DNA of 63,744 nucleotides, the filler included, from Octopus bimaculoides (Eukaryota), in assembly GCF_001194135.2 (NCBI RefSeq). It is 7 parts of 6 records of this genome, joined end to end, with 100 filler letters (N's around TTAATTAATTAA, not from the genome) between each part and the next. Parts side by side here need not be neighbours in the genome. Positions count along the whole stretch, not along the records: positions 13,544 to 25,375 come from NC_068995.1; positions 25,476 to 35,477 come from NC_069002.1; positions 35,578 to 50,102 come from NC_068995.1; 4 more parts are not named here. The stretch is one strand, 5' to 3'. The notes under the pieces are model-generated. The model did no database searches. It had not been told where the DNA came from and saw only the letters and a list, made by a program, of their open reading frames with translations. Position 1 is the first letter of the stretch. Every line of letters starts with the position of its first letter. Shown in pieces: positions 23,582 through 36,776 of the stretch. The position numbers and the translations under genes were made by a program.

Positions 23582-24028
23582 TCATCTCTATTTTTCACTT
23601 CATTAACAAATTTTCTGACTGAAAAGACCGATGGCAACAAATGCTATATAGAAAATATAAGCCATTTCATATAAAACGCTGTTTTAAAGCTGTATACAAG
23701 AAATGAGCAGCCAGAACCAAAATGATTCTCTTAAAAGATTGCCGATAGTTTTTCCCTACAAAACTGTAGTAACAGTAAAGAGATGTAAATTTATAAAGAA
23801 TATTGCTTACATGAATTTTAATCCCAGCGTGTAGCTCTTGACAGAATCATAAATAGACAAGAGGGATTTAACATGAAATAAAGACAAGCGAAATAATGGT
23901 TTTGGTAGAGTTACCTCCCTTACATCAAAACTACTAGTTCTGCTTAATTCAAAATTTTCAGTCCGTCTCTCTCTCTCGCTTTCTGTCTCTTTCTCTCTCA
24001 TGTGCACCTTCACACGCTCTTTCTCTCA

Positions 24029-24079
<51 letters not shown>

Positions 24080-24099
24080 ACGCTCCCTCTACCTTTTAC

Positions 24100-25350
24100 T
24101 CTCTAGACTACAAGAAAACCTTTGACTCTGTTCCCCACTCATGGATGCTAGAAGCCCTTCGACTTGCTAAAGTTCCAGTGAGAATAATCAAAATTATAAC
24201 TGACCTGACTTCATCGTGGGCCACCATCTTGAAATTAAACACAAAGAGTGACTGTATTATCACCGATAGAATACAGTATCGCAAAGGCATATTCCAAAGA
24301 GACAGTCTCTCTCTGTGATGTTGTTTATACTTTCTGTAAACCCCTTGTCATAAATGTTAGGGAAGTTTGAAAGATATGTCACTGGTTTACAAGGAAACAG
24401 AAATACCAAAATTACTCACTGTTACTTTGTGGATGACTTGAAACTTTATGCAAAGAATATGCATGAAATGAAACAGAGCCTTGACCTAGTTACAACATTC
24501 TCAAAGGATACAAGGTTAGAGTTTGGTCAGGATAAATGTTGCTATATGGTTGTAAATAGGGGGAAAACTATAAACCAGACTAGTAACATCTCCATTAATG
24601 ATTTGACTGCGTCCCCTGTATCTGACGAGGAATGTTACAGGTATGTAGGGGTGGATGAAAATATATCTTACAGTGGCACCTGTAACAAAACACATGTCAC
24701 TAAAGAATATCACAGCAGAATAAAGAAAATTTGGACCTCAGAACTCTCTGCATTCAATAAAACAGTGGCCTACAATGTGTTTGCAGTGCCAGTACTCATA
24801 CCAACATTTGTGCTGCTTGATTCGGCGCTTGATGAGATCCGAGCCATTGATGTGAAAAGCCGAAAAATACTAACAAGCACACATAATTTCCACATAAACA
24901 GTGATGCTCACCGCCTCTACCTAAAATGAAAACAAGGAGGAAGAGGTTTAACATCGATCCAAAATGCCTTTAAATGTCGCATCATATCCGTTCGGTAACA
25001 TCTTTTAACCACCAAGTATCGAAGTGTATCTCTTGATCAAGTTCGCTTACATGAGGCTGATAACATCATAAGACTTGGAAGGCAGCTCCTTGAGCAACAA
25101 TCTTTGTATGATAACCTAGAATACATGCCCAAAGAAATCGCACGACTCTACCGCAACGTATCATCAGATGAAAGGATGAGCTTATATGAGCAGAAGACTA
25201 TGCATGGACATGTTACGAGAAAGCTCCGTGATGATAGTAACATCGATCATCAAAGCAGTTTATCATGGACGAATAGCCGGATTACTAACTCCCACTTTGA
25301 AGGGTATGCGTTTGCAATCCAGAAACAGGAAATATCAAAACTGAAGATAT
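24100..25350 (+). mobile_element. RLE-type (R4-group) LINE reverse transcriptase fragment, second family
   Basis: LDYKKTFDSVPHSWM, KGIFQRDSLS, HCYFVDDLKLYAK, YRYVG, RIKKIWTSELSAFNK…RLYLK…GGRGL. Confidence 0.88.
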
Positions 25351-25544
25351 GACCCACATCATAAGCAGTTGTCCGNNNNNNNNNNNNNNNNNNNNNNNNN
25401 NNNNNNNNNNNNNNNNNNNTTAATTAATTAANNNNNNNNNNNNNNNNNNNNNNNNNNNNNNNNNNNNNNNNNNNNGATGGTGGCGGCGGGGATGCTGGGA
25501 ACGGAGAAGTCTGTTTGTGTTAGATTCTTTTAAAAATAATATGG

Positions 25545-26760
25545 CGTCGAATAAATAAATAAATAAATAAATGAATAAATAAATAAATATACTCACAAAA
25601 CATGAAAAAAATAACAACAAAACATATATAAACAAATAAATGTTAAGAAAAAAAGATTGTAAATATTTTTTACTGTCTTTCCACGTCCACCTTCACTCCC
25701 ACGTAGAAGGAAAGACGGAAGGAAGGAAACAAGGAAGGAAGGAAGGAAGGAAGGAAAAGGAAGGAAAGAAGTTGACATTTGTGAAAGAGGAAAATAATCA
25801 AAAAAAAAGAAGAAACGAATTAGGAAGCGAACAGATGAAAGAAAAAGTAATGAGAAATGAGAAGAAGAAAGGAGGAAGAAGAAGAAGAAACGAAGGAAAT
25901 TGAAAGAGAGGGACGGAAAGACGAAGAAAGAAAGAAAGAAAGTAGGAGAGAGAAAGAGAGAAAGAAAGGAAGAAAGAAAGAAAGAATGAAAGAAAGAGAA
26001 AGAGAGAAATAAATAAATAAAGAAATAAAGAAAGAAAGAAAGAGGGAAAGAAAGAAAGGCAGAAAGAAAGAAAGAGGGAAAGAAAGACAGAAAAAGAAAG
26101 AGAGAAAGAAAAGAAGAAAGAAGGGAACGACGGAGGGAAACAAAGAAGGAAGGGAAGAAAGAGGGAAAGAAAGAAAGAGGGAAAGAAAGAGGAAAGGAAG
26201 AACATAGAGATGGAGAAACGGAAAGAGAGGAAAAGAAACAAAAGATGCGAAGACAGAAGGAAATAAAGAAAGAAAGGAACAATTGAAGGAAGGAGAGAAA
26301 GAAATAAGAAAAGCGGAAACAAACGAAGGAACGAAGCAGGAATGAAAGAAACAAGAGAGAAGGAAAGAAATAGAGAAGTAAAAGAAGGAAGAAATGGGAA
26401 GACGGGGGAAAGAAATTGGAAAGAAAGAAGGGGATGAAGTGAATATGTACGAAAGAAAGAGAAGGAATGAGAGAAGGAAGAAATTAAGAAAGAAACGATT
26501 GAATGAATGAAGTAACGAAAGGGGGAGTGGGGCGGAGAAGAAAGAAACTACAAAAGAAACTAAGGAATGAGCGAATGAAATAAATAGGAAAAGAAGGAGT
26601 GAAAAGACAAATAAGTTAAGACTGGCGCTGAAGGAGGAAGAAAGGAAAGAGGTTAGAAGAGAAGAAGGAAGGAAGAAAGGAAGGAAGGAAGGAAGGAAGG
26701 AAGGAGGGAATGTGGTTGGGTAGGGTAGGGTAGGATGGGGGGAGAAGGTGAGATAACGGC
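25545..26760. repeat. Long purine-rich low-complexity tract, (GAAA)n/(GGAA)n
   Basis: Visible directly; the F/L/S-rich minus-strand ORFs here are compositional. Confidence 0.9.
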
Positions 26761-26974
26761 TGAGATTGGCATCATGTCATTTCGGGTGCTTTATCATCGT
26801 TGAATACAACACCCGGTTTAAAACAGATGTGTAGCCTGGCATAGATATATTCCATTAATATGAATGGGAAAACAATATACCGAGNNNNNNNNNNNNNNNN
26901 NNNNNNNNNNNNNNNNNNNNNNNNNNNNNNNNNNATATATATATATATATATATAATATATATTATATTATTAG

Positions 26975-27100
26975 GTGCAGGAGTGGTTGTATGGTAAGTA
27001 ACTTGCCATGGTTCTGGGTTCAGTCCCACTGCGTGGAACCTTGGGCAAGTGCCTTCTACTATAGCCTCGGATTTGGTTGACGGAAACTGAAAGAATTTCT
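26975..27100 (+). mobile_element. SINE family A 5' half with deletions
   Basis: GCAGGAGTGGTTGTATGGTAAG…GGTTCTGGGTTCAGTCCCACTGCGTGG…GACGGAAACTGAAAGAA. Confidence 0.8.
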
Positions 27101-27109
27101 TTTCGCGCA

Positions 27110-27340
27110 GAGAAGAATGTTTGGAAAACTTTCTACAGAGTATGAAATTGTATAACAAAAGGGGATCATGTGAGAAGAAAACTGTTGCGGAATTTGTGCC
27201 GAAATTAACTAAAATTGTAGAAGAAAGTTCCTTGTTGAAAACGTCAATTCTGGATAAAACGCCAAAGAGAATATTTGCTTCTGGAACGGATAAAACAAAA
27301 CAATGGTCCGCAGATTCAAAGCTTCTGGAACTGAATCACA
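27110..27340 (+). mobile_element. Possible pogo/Tigger transposase fragment
   Basis: LENFLQSMKLYNKRG…AEFVPKLTKIVEE…KTPKRIFAS resembles the Tigger HTH-DDE junction as recalled. Confidence 0.45.
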
Positions 27341-27492
27341 TCATTGTTAGGTTGTAAAGTTTAGGCCGACTATTTTATGACGCCATTTTCCCGTTATAAA
27401 TTAATAGGGTTCTTAATCCACGTGAAAATATTCTCCCAATTTATGATCAGGATTATGCCAGCGTAACCATTTTCGCAAACAAGAAAATCTTG

Positions 27493-27587
27493 GCTCAATA
27501 AACACTCACAACGCCCAGTCTGGGAATCGAAACCACGATCCTATGACCGCGAGTCCGCTGCCCTAACCACTGGGCCATTGTGCCTCC
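27493..27587 (-). mobile_element. Isolated tRNA-like head of SINE family C
   Basis: Nearly identical to 58345-58443. Minus strand has an A box (TGGCCCAGTGG) and a B box (GGTTTCGATTCC). Confidence 0.85.
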
Positions 27588-27799
27588 ACAATCACTGACA
27601 TGAAAGAATACATTTCGCCCAAGGTTCTATCTATCTCCTTTACTCCGGACTTCAGTTATCGGCTTTGAACAGATGAAATATTTTGTCGATGTTTTTGGTT
27701 TTTGAAATCAAAACGTAAGGGGCTGGAAGAAATACTGTATAGAGTCTCTCGACTCTACCTCATCCCCACCATGAAGCAAGATACTCTGTCCGTATTTCT

Positions 27800-28092
27800 A
27801 TCAATTCATTCTACCCTGGACGGATACTTTAATTATCAACTCCGACGAGATGAGATACATTGTTGACCTCGTTGGTATCTGAACTCTTGGCGTAAAGAGC
27901 CGGGAAAAAAGACCGCAATCTGACATCTCGTCCGCGGTTCTATCAATTCCACCCTGAACTAGGACTTTAATTATCAACCCCAAATAGATGAGATGAATAA
28001 CTGACCTCGGTGGCATTTGAACTTCGAAAGCAGACAGCCGGCACAAATATCGTACTGTATTCCATCCGACGTTGTAACGACATTGCCAGCTC
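27800..28092 (-). mobile_element. Two tandem degenerate copies of SINE family B (Meta-domain-like)
   Basis: ACTTTAATTATCAAC…GATGAGAT…TGACCTCG.TGG.AT.TGAACT occurs twice, about 148 bp apart. Related copies at 37690, 38140, 56580 and 59820. Confidence 0.7.
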
Positions 28093-28219
28093 TTGGCTAC
28101 ATTCAACGCGTACACACACGCTGATAAGTAAATTAATTCACTCGAATAACTATCAATTAGAAAGATTAGATTAGATTTATCTAAAGGGGTGGGGGTGGGT
28201 GGATGGGGCAAGTAGGGCT

Positions 28220-28482
28220 AGCGATGATGGTGGTGGAGTGATGATGATGATGATAATGGTGACGAAGTGATGAGGACGATGATGATGATGATGTGGTGGT
28301 GGTGGTGGTGATGTTGATGATGATGGTGCCGAGGATGATGATGATGGTGATGGTGATGCTGCTGATAATGATTCAACGACTGAATGTAAATAAATTGATT
28401 CCGTGTCTGTGGATTCTTGACAGCAAGTTCTTGGACGACTCAGAAATAAGAAATAAAAAAAAACATGCAATGCAAAAACACA

Positions 28483-28533
<51 letters not shown>

Positions 28534-28663
28534 CACACACACGCACACACACATATATATATAGTTGATGTTTTGTACGAATGAAACATTTGTAGCTATT
28601 ATTGTTGCTGCTGTTGTTGGTGGCAACGATAATGATGATAGTGATGATGATGGTGATGATGAC

Positions 28664-28702
<39 letters not shown>

Positions 28703-29230
28703 AATGATGATGTTGATGATGATGACGATAATGATGATGATGATGATGATGATGATGAGGATGATGATGATGAGGACAATGTTGCCCGCGTTGTTCATAT
28801 TCTTCCATAAATGTATTAATACTCGTAGATTTTTGGATGTTGCTTTTACTCAGACGTCGATGTTATTGATGGAATTGTTACTGTTGCTGCTGCTGCTGCT
28901 GTTGTTGTTGTTGTTGTTATTTATATTCTTCCACTAATGAATTAAACATTTGCGTCTGTTGCTATTGCAATTAATGATGATGATGACGATGATAATGACG
29001 ATGGTGAAGATGGTTATGATGATGATGATGATGATGATGATGAGGATGTTGATGTCATTATCATCATCATCATCATCATCATCATCGTCATCATCATCGT
29101 GATCATCATCCACTAATGAAATTTATATTTCTAATTATTGTTTTGGCTGTTGTCGATGATGATGCTTGCTTTATATACCTTTTCACTGATGAAATCATAA
29201 AACACTTGTCGAATTTGTTCCTTCGCTTCC

Positions 29231-29265
<35 letters not shown>

Positions 29266-29290
29266 CGAAAACAACGGCAAGAACAACAGC
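28220..29290. repeat. Cluster of trinucleotide repeats (GAT/TGA, GGT, GCT, GTT, CAT, CAA) plus (CA)n
   Basis: Visible directly; source of the poly-D/M/H/Q/S ORFs. Confidence 0.95.
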
Positions 29291-29788
29291 GTAAGAATAA
29301 AATAAAACAAACGCAACAACAAAGAAAGAAAATAAGAAAAAAAACAACCAAATAACGAAAAAAAAACAAGAAATAGAAGAAATAAACGTAACAATAAAGA
29401 TAAAAGATGAAAAACTCATAAAAGAAGAAAATAAACATTAAAAAAAATTTCAATAAGAAATTTACAAAGAAATATAAAAAAAGACAAAAAAAAATGTCAT
29501 CTCCGTTGATGCGGTGATAAAGACGAGGAAATTTCAACTTGAAGGGAATTTTGGAGGGAAACTTCAAGGTTGTATGAAGTGCAATGTACGGTGTCGTTGA
29601 GTGCGAAATGATTTATGCAAATGAGGTTTCGTACCCTCGCGATTAAGTACTTGTTTTTCGCTGGTGGTGTTTTGGTTTTAATGTATCATATTTTATTTGT
29701 CTATTTGTTTTATTTATTTATTTATTTTGTAAATCCAAGCATTATATTGTAGTATATTTGAAATTTTGGTTTTTGCTAATGATGTCGA

Positions 29789-29927
<139 letters not shown>

Positions 29928-29944
29928 GTCTGTCTATCTAACTA

Positions 29945-30195
29945 AAGTGTTGCTTTACAATCACATGTTTCCGGGTTCAGTCACACTGTGTAGGACCTTG
30001 GCTGGCCAACTCCTTGCGAATGGATTTGGTAGATGGAAACTAAAAGAAGCCGGTCACAAATGTGTGTATGTATATATATATATATGTATATATATATATG
30101 TGTGCGTGTGTGTGTGTGTTTGTGTGAATGTATGTATGTGTGTATATGTTTGTGTGTCTGTGTTTGTCGCACCCTCCACCATCGCTTGAAAATCT
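29945..30195 (+). mobile_element. SINE family A, partial, with internal microsatellite
   Basis: CACATGTTTCCGGGTTCAGTC…GGATTTGGTAGATGGAAACT…GTGTTTGTCGCACCCTCCACCATCGCTTGA. Confidence 0.8.
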
Positions 30196-30624
30196 ATCTG
30201 TTTGTCTATCTCTTTATCTGTGCGCTTGCGCACATCAATGAAAGTCGTAAAACAAAACCTCAGAGCTTTAGTGCTCGGTGAATTATAGAGATGTGAATGA
30301 CCTGGCTGCCATTGAAATTGTGGAACGGCTTAACTTATCACTGATTCTCTGAGTCGCTGAATGCAAGAATAGTCTTAGAGTGGATTCTTTCATGTCAGTG
30401 ATCATTGAAGGGTAATTAAGAAACTTTTATATCTATGGGTATTGATTTTTTCCTCACGACTTTAAGCAATTATATATTGAATCATATTCGCTTTATCTAT
30501 ATAATCTGTATAGTCACCTGTGTACCTAATTGTATAAACGGTGTGCAGCCATTAATTCAGACACATTTTCCCCCTCCAATTTTTCCTCTCTCCATCCGTT
30601 TTCTCTCCTCATTCCTCTCAGCAT

Positions 30625-30650
30625 GTAATAATAATAACATCAACAACAAC

Positions 30651-30693
<43 letters not shown>

Positions 30694-30702
30694 GTAATAA
30701 TG

Positions 30703-30762
<60 letters not shown>

Positions 30763-30769
30763 GTAATAG
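30625..30769. repeat. (AAT)n microsatellite
   Basis: Visible directly. Confidence 0.95.
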
Positions 30770-31042
30770 TGGACGGACTAGCAATACTGTCGTGGGAGGT
30801 TACGAAGGAGATAGAACAGACGGGCTAAAAGTTCTTGGGGATATTGGAAATGGATAAATTGAAGGAGAAAGAAATGACAGAAAAACTTTAGGTGGAGTAC
30901 TTGTGCAGACTGAGACTGATCCTTAAGTCGAAATTAAACGGATAGAATAAGATTGAAACTATCAACATCTAGGCGGTTTCACTCCTTAGATATGGAGCAG
31001 GAGTAATCGCATAGGCAGTAGACGAACTAAACGGCTTAGATA
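30770..31042 (+). mobile_element. Second fragment of the same Dong-like family as 13758-15300
   Basis: Aligns by eye to 13926-14192 (…AGACTGAGACTGATCCTTAAGTCGAAATTAAA…TTTCACTCCTTAGATATGGAGCAG…). It starts directly after the (AAT)n tract. Confidence 0.9.
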
Positions 31043-31851
31043 TATATAAGTGTGTCTGTATACTTGTGGTTTGCTTGCAAACAAACATGGACAATGGCTA
31101 TATTTAGCTTCTTTTATTAGTCAACTAGTTAATCAATTAACCATTTAACTTAATAACTGCTTCACCAATCCTTTACTCAATCAATTAGTTCGTTAATCAA
31201 CAGTACTTTTGTCGCCATTATTTATTTCGTCGATAAGTTGCTGTCATCTGTTTCAGGTTTGTCACGGTCCTAAATCAATTTTACTCGTTCTGACAATTGA
31301 AGATTCGTGCCAATGAAAGTGCCTTCATATCGATTACTCGACATAGCAACGATAACAGCCAACTGATCAGGCAAGTTCACTTTAACGTCTGAATTTTTTT
31401 CTTTTAGCATATTTCTGTGGAAACCCGCTGTCTTTCTTCCAATTAATTTTGAAAAGTGCGAAGTATTCAATGGAATAATTAAGTCCCTATGAATTAATAT
31501 GAAATATACATATTATGGTAATTTTTTTAAATAAAGAAAAAAATATGATTAGGTATTTAGAAACTGAAAAGTAACTTGTATAGATGTGTGTAAATAATAA
31601 TAAAAAAATTAGACGAATACAGATAAGGAAATAATTTTATTCTCAAACGCAGAATAATGCTAATAATACAGCAAAAACTATCCATATTTTGCAGAAAAAT
31701 CTGCCAGCGGCCAGCCATGAGACTCAAACTCACATTCCTGTGATTACGCGTCAAGTGCTTTACCTTTAAGCTATACTGCTCCACGCGAAAAATTCTTCTG
31801 CAAATTTAAGATATAAATCTAGCTTTATAAGACACTATTGTAAGTTAAATT

Positions 31852-31926
<75 letters not shown>

Positions 31927-32655
31927 NNNNNNNNNNNNNNNNNNNNNNNNNNNNNNNNNNNNNNNNNNNNNNNNNNNNNNNNNNNNNNNNNNNNNNNNNN
32001 NNNNNNNNNNNNNNNNNNNNNNNNNNNNNNNNNNNNNNNNNNNNNNNNNNNNNNNNNNNNNNNNNNNNNNNNNNNNNNNNNNNNNNNNNNNNNNNNNNNN
32101 NNNNNNNNNNNNNNNNNNNNNNNNNNNNNNNNNNNNNNNNNNNNNNNNNNNNNNNNNNNNNNNNNNNNNNNNNNNNNNNNNNNNNNNNNNNNNNNNNNNN
32201 NNNNNNNNNNNNNNNNNNNNNNNNNNNNNNNNNNNNNNNNNNNNNNNNNNNNNNNNNNNNNNNNNNNNNNNNNNNNNNNNNNNNNNNNNNNNNNNNNNNN
32301 NNNNNNNNNNNNNNNNNNNNNNNNNNNNNNNNNNNNNNNNNNNNNNNNNNNNNNNNNNNNNNNNNNNNNNNNNNNNNNNNNNNNNNNNNNNNNNNNNNNN
32401 NNNNNNNNNNNNNNNNNNNNNNNNNNNNNNNNNNNNNNNNNNNNNNNNNNNNNNNNNNNNNNNNNNNNNNNNNNNNNNNNNNNNNNNNNNNNNNNNNNNN
32501 NNNNNNNNNNNNNNNNNNNNNNNNNNNNNNNNNNNNNNNNNNNNNNNNNNNNNNNNNNNNNNNNNNNNNNNNNNNNNNNNNNNNNNNNNNNNNNNNNNNN
32601 NNNNNNTATATACATATATATACGTATATGTATATATATATGTATATCTAAATAG

Positions 32656-32715
<60 letters not shown>

Positions 32716-32844
32716 TGTATGTATATGTAGATATGTTTATATATGTATGTACATTTATCTGTGTCTGCGTGTTTGTGTGAATATACATGCATACATATAT
32801 TAATATATTTCCACAATCACACACATTAACAAGCATATAATGAA

Positions 32845-32900
<56 letters not shown>

Positions 32901-33487
32901 ATAATAATAATAATAATGATAAATAACTTTCTCATTATATCCTTGTGTTCGACATCTGAATCACACTGCGGAAGTAGAGAAGCGGAAAACACAAAAATAT
33001 ATTTATTTAAGAAGCTAAATAAAAAAAAAAACAAAAAAAAAATAAAAAGAGACAACTACAAGAACAACAACAATTACAACACCCACTACCACCACCACCA
33101 CCACCACAACAACAACAACAAAAACAAAATCAACACATTTTTCTCGTTTATGATATTCACGTCTTGTTTCCTTATGAAGTCTTTTTAGAATAATCAAAGC
33201 ACATAACACTAAATTCAGATTAAATCATATTTTAAAAGGAATTAATGGTTAGATTCTATGAATCTGATATCGTTAATCGCCATTTGCACAAGTGTGTAAA
33301 GAAGGAAGCAAAACTTTCTGTTTGATATGCAAATTAGAATGAGATTTTCAGAGAGAATTTCAAAGACATTTCACTGGAAATTTATATTTTTGATTCTTGA
33401 GTCAAAAAAAGTGTGCGTGTGTGCGAGTATTTGTGTGAGTTTGCATGTGTTGCATATATTGCATACATATGTATATGTGTATATATA

Positions 33488-33522
<35 letters not shown>

Positions 33523-34204
33523 ATATANNNNNNNNNNNNNNNNNNNNNNNNNNNNNNNNNNNNNNNNNNNNNNNNNNNNNNNNNNNNNNNNNNNNNNNNN
33601 NNNNNNNNNNNNNNNNNNNNNNNNNNNNNNNNNNNNNNNNNNNNNNNNNNNNNNNNNNNNNNNNNNNNNNNNNNNNNNNNNNNNNNNNNNNNNNNNNNNN
33701 NNNNNNNNNNNNNNNNNNNNNNNNNNNNNNNNNNNNNNNNNNNNNNNNNNNNNNNNNNNNNNNNNNNNNNNNNNNNNNNNNNNNNNNNNNNNNNNNNNNN
33801 NNNNNNNNNNNNNNNNNNNNNNNNNNNNNNNNNNNNNNNNNNNNNNNNNNNNNNNNNNNNNNNNNNNNNNNNNNNNNNNNNNNNNNNNNNNNNNNNNNNN
33901 NNNNNNNNNNNNNNNNNNNNNNNNNNNNNNNNNNNNNNNNNNNNNNNNNNNNNNNNNNNNNNNNNNNNNNNNNNNNNNNNNNNNNNNNNNNNNNNNNNNN
34001 NNNNNNNNNNNNNNNNNNNNNNNNNNNNNNNNNNNNNNNNNNNNNNNNNNNNNATATGTGTGTATGTATGTATGTATCCTGGTTGATATAAACGTCTACT
34101 TATATATCCGAATGCGTATGCAGACCCTTTTGCTTTCCCACACGCATACATTATCATAGATTTACATGTTAATTGAACCTGCTAGAAAGTACAACCCCAT
34201 AGTA

Positions 34205-34495
34205 CTTACCACTCTCCAACATGGCTCAGAGTCGAGGGTCACTTATCGCCACCATCTACGACTATTCTATTGGTTCCACCAGCGCTGACTCCGCACCATC
34301 CTCAACATACACGAGAGTGACTTCGTCAACAATGGTGAAGTCCTTAAACGGGTAGAGGTCACCATCATTGAGACCATGCTGCTGAAGTCCCATGTACGCT
34401 GGGCAGGGCGCTTCTCTAGGATGAAGCATCCTTGTCTGCCCAGAATCACGCTGTACAGCAAATTCCCCACTGGCCATCGTGACGGTGGTAACGTA
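34205..34495 (+). mobile_element. RTE-clade LINE fragment (post-RT region)
   Basis: HQR*LRTILNIH…EVLKR…IETMLLKSHVRWAGRFSRMKHPCLPRITLY…GHRD matches the RTE/BovB pattern LRWAGHV.RM…LPK..LY. Confidence 0.85.
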
Positions 34496-34832
34496 AGGTA
34501 ATTAAAGTTACCTGTTCGAGTCATGCCGACTCATAAGGGCCGGTTTCCTGGTTTCGTGGCGTGTATATTCTGGATGGTCCCTGGATGGGACGACGATGAA
34601 AGCTTTTTGAAAACTTTACGTAGGCCTCTGAGCAAGTATGGCAAAATTTGATGCAGAATCTCTGCTTAACTTTCTGTTATGGTTAATGGTACGATCCCAC
34701 GCTACACACCTTTCTTCCACGCCCAGCTGTAAACAGCGAAAGTGAACTAGGACTTTAAAGTTTAGTGCGCTGCGACAGCAGAGTTGTAGGTCAATTTGTG
34801 ACAAGCGGCTTCACTCTGTGCGCTTTAGTTTC

Positions 34833-34871
34833 GTTACTATGGCAACAGTCTAGTTACTATGGCAACAGTCT
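34833..34871. promoter_or_regulatory. Tandem pair of RFX X-box-like motifs (GTTACTATGGCAAC x2, 20-bp period)
   Basis: Exact direct duplication of GTTACTATGGCAACAGTCT. It matches the X-box consensus at all but one position; function is unproven. Confidence 0.4.
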
Positions 34872-34919
34872 GATCAAACCACATATATATATTTTTTGAT
34901 ACATAAATACATAGATATA

Positions 34920-35010
34920 TGTAGAAGACACTTGCCTAAGGTGCCACGCAGTGGGACTGAATCCGGAACCATGTGGTTGGTAAGCAAGCTATTTACCACA
35001 CAGCCACTCC
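34920..35010 (-). mobile_element. SINE family A head
   Basis: GTAGAAGACACTTGCCTAAGGTGCCACGCAGTGGGACTGAATCCGGAACCATGTGGTTGG…CACAGCCACTCCTGC. Confidence 0.88.
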
Positions 35011-35446
35011 TGCGCCTATATGTTTGCAATTTGAAGGCCATTCATAGGGGATTACGTATTATGTCCCAGCACTTTCATAATATAGATTACTCGAACAGAA
35101 TAAATCTAGATATAAACATCAGTAGCAAAAGCACAAATAAAACTTTCATTAAATATATCGATCTCTGTTGAAAGAAATGTACAGTTGAAACGAACGCCTT
35201 GTCTAGATTAATGTAACGCATATATGGACTGGAATGATTGAACGAGATCGGTTCAATTGCCATATTGAGTTTTGTTCATACATCGATAGGTTATTAAGAA
35301 AAAAGAGTTGAAGAGTCGAAAAAACATTGTTGGATGCGTGGAAATTAAGGAAGTTGTATGTGTATGTAGTATTCTGTATATGAGTGTCCATGTATGTGGT
35401 GGTGGTGTTGGTAGGAATGTATTTCTTTATATCTTCATATAACAAC

Positions 35447-35477
<31 letters not shown>

Positions 35478-35710
35478 NNNNNNNNNNNNNNNNNNNNNNN
35501 NNNNNNNNNNNNNNNNNNNNNTTAATTAATTAANNNNNNNNNNNNNNNNNNNNNNNNNNNNNNNNNNNNNNNNNNNNATGTATATATATGTAAATATATA
35601 TGTGAAATATATGTAAATGTATATATCTACAAATATATACATGGGTGTATGTAAATATATAAAATCCCATTATAATAACGCATATTTTCAGAAAATTTCA
35701 TTATTGACTC

Positions 35711-35741
<31 letters not shown>

Positions 35742-35929
35742 ATGTATATTCATATCATATATATTTATATGTATATATACGTTTGTATGTATACATATAT
35801 GCACACACACACGTATGTGAGTATGTGTGTGCAGATTTACAATAAATACATTATATACATACAAGTAAGTACAGGCATATGTGTGCGTCTGTGTACGTAT
35901 GTGTGTGTGTATGTGCGTCTGTGTACTTA

Positions 35930-35960
<31 letters not shown>

Positions 35961-36234
35961 GCAGTTGTGACTGCTTGCGACGTAATATATCAAATTAAGT
36001 CGCAGTTCTCAGAAATTAATTCGTCTCCATGTTTTCTCACCCCAGTTTCTCTTTGCCCTTTCTACGTCTTGAATTCTACACATTTATCTATTCCCGTTTC
36101 TATTTATACATCTTAACACTTACGTCCTCATAATCCTGGCTCCGTCACACCGTAACACCTACTGAACATCGCAGAAAGTACTGAACATCATTAGCCTTCA
36201 TACAATATATAGAATATATATATAGAGAGAGAGA

Positions 36235-36564
36235 CATGCTGGAGCACCACCTTATTGGGTGTTACTCGAAGAAATTGACCCCAGGAATTATTTTTTCTAA
36301 GCCTGGTATTTATTCTATCGGACACTTTTACCAAACTGGTTATGTTACAGGGACATAAACACACCAGCATCGATTGTCAAGCGATGACGGGAGAACAAAC
36401 ACAGACACAGATACAGGCACACATACACACTCGCGCAGCTTCTGCTAGTTTCCACTCACAAGGCTTTGTTCAACCCGAGGCTATACTAGAAGACACTTAC
36501 CCAGGCTGCCACTCAAGAGGACAGAACCCGGAAGCAAGCTACTTGCCACACAGCCACACCTGCG

Positions 36565-36568
<4 letters not shown>
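36235..36568 (-). mobile_element. SINE family A with internal deletions
   Basis: CATGCTGGAGCACC…CAGCATCGATTGTCAAGCGA…CACTCACAAGGCTTTG…CACAGCCACACCTGC. Confidence 0.8.
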
Positions 36569-36603
<35 letters not shown>

Positions 36604-36738
36604 NNNNNNNNNNNNNNNNNNNNNNNNNNNNNNNNNNNNNNNNNNNNNNNNNNNNNNNNNNNNNNNNNNNNNNNNNNNNNNNNNNNNNNNNNNNNNNNNN
36701 NNNNNNNNNNNNNNNNNNNNNNNNNNNNNNNNNNNNNN

Positions 36739-36776
<38 letters not shown>

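Noticed and set aside
34560-34680. Dpy-30-like motif EILHQILPYLLRGL on the minus strand, and MAKFDAESLLNFL on the plus strand
   Set aside because: Short frames bounded by stops, without adequate splice sites.
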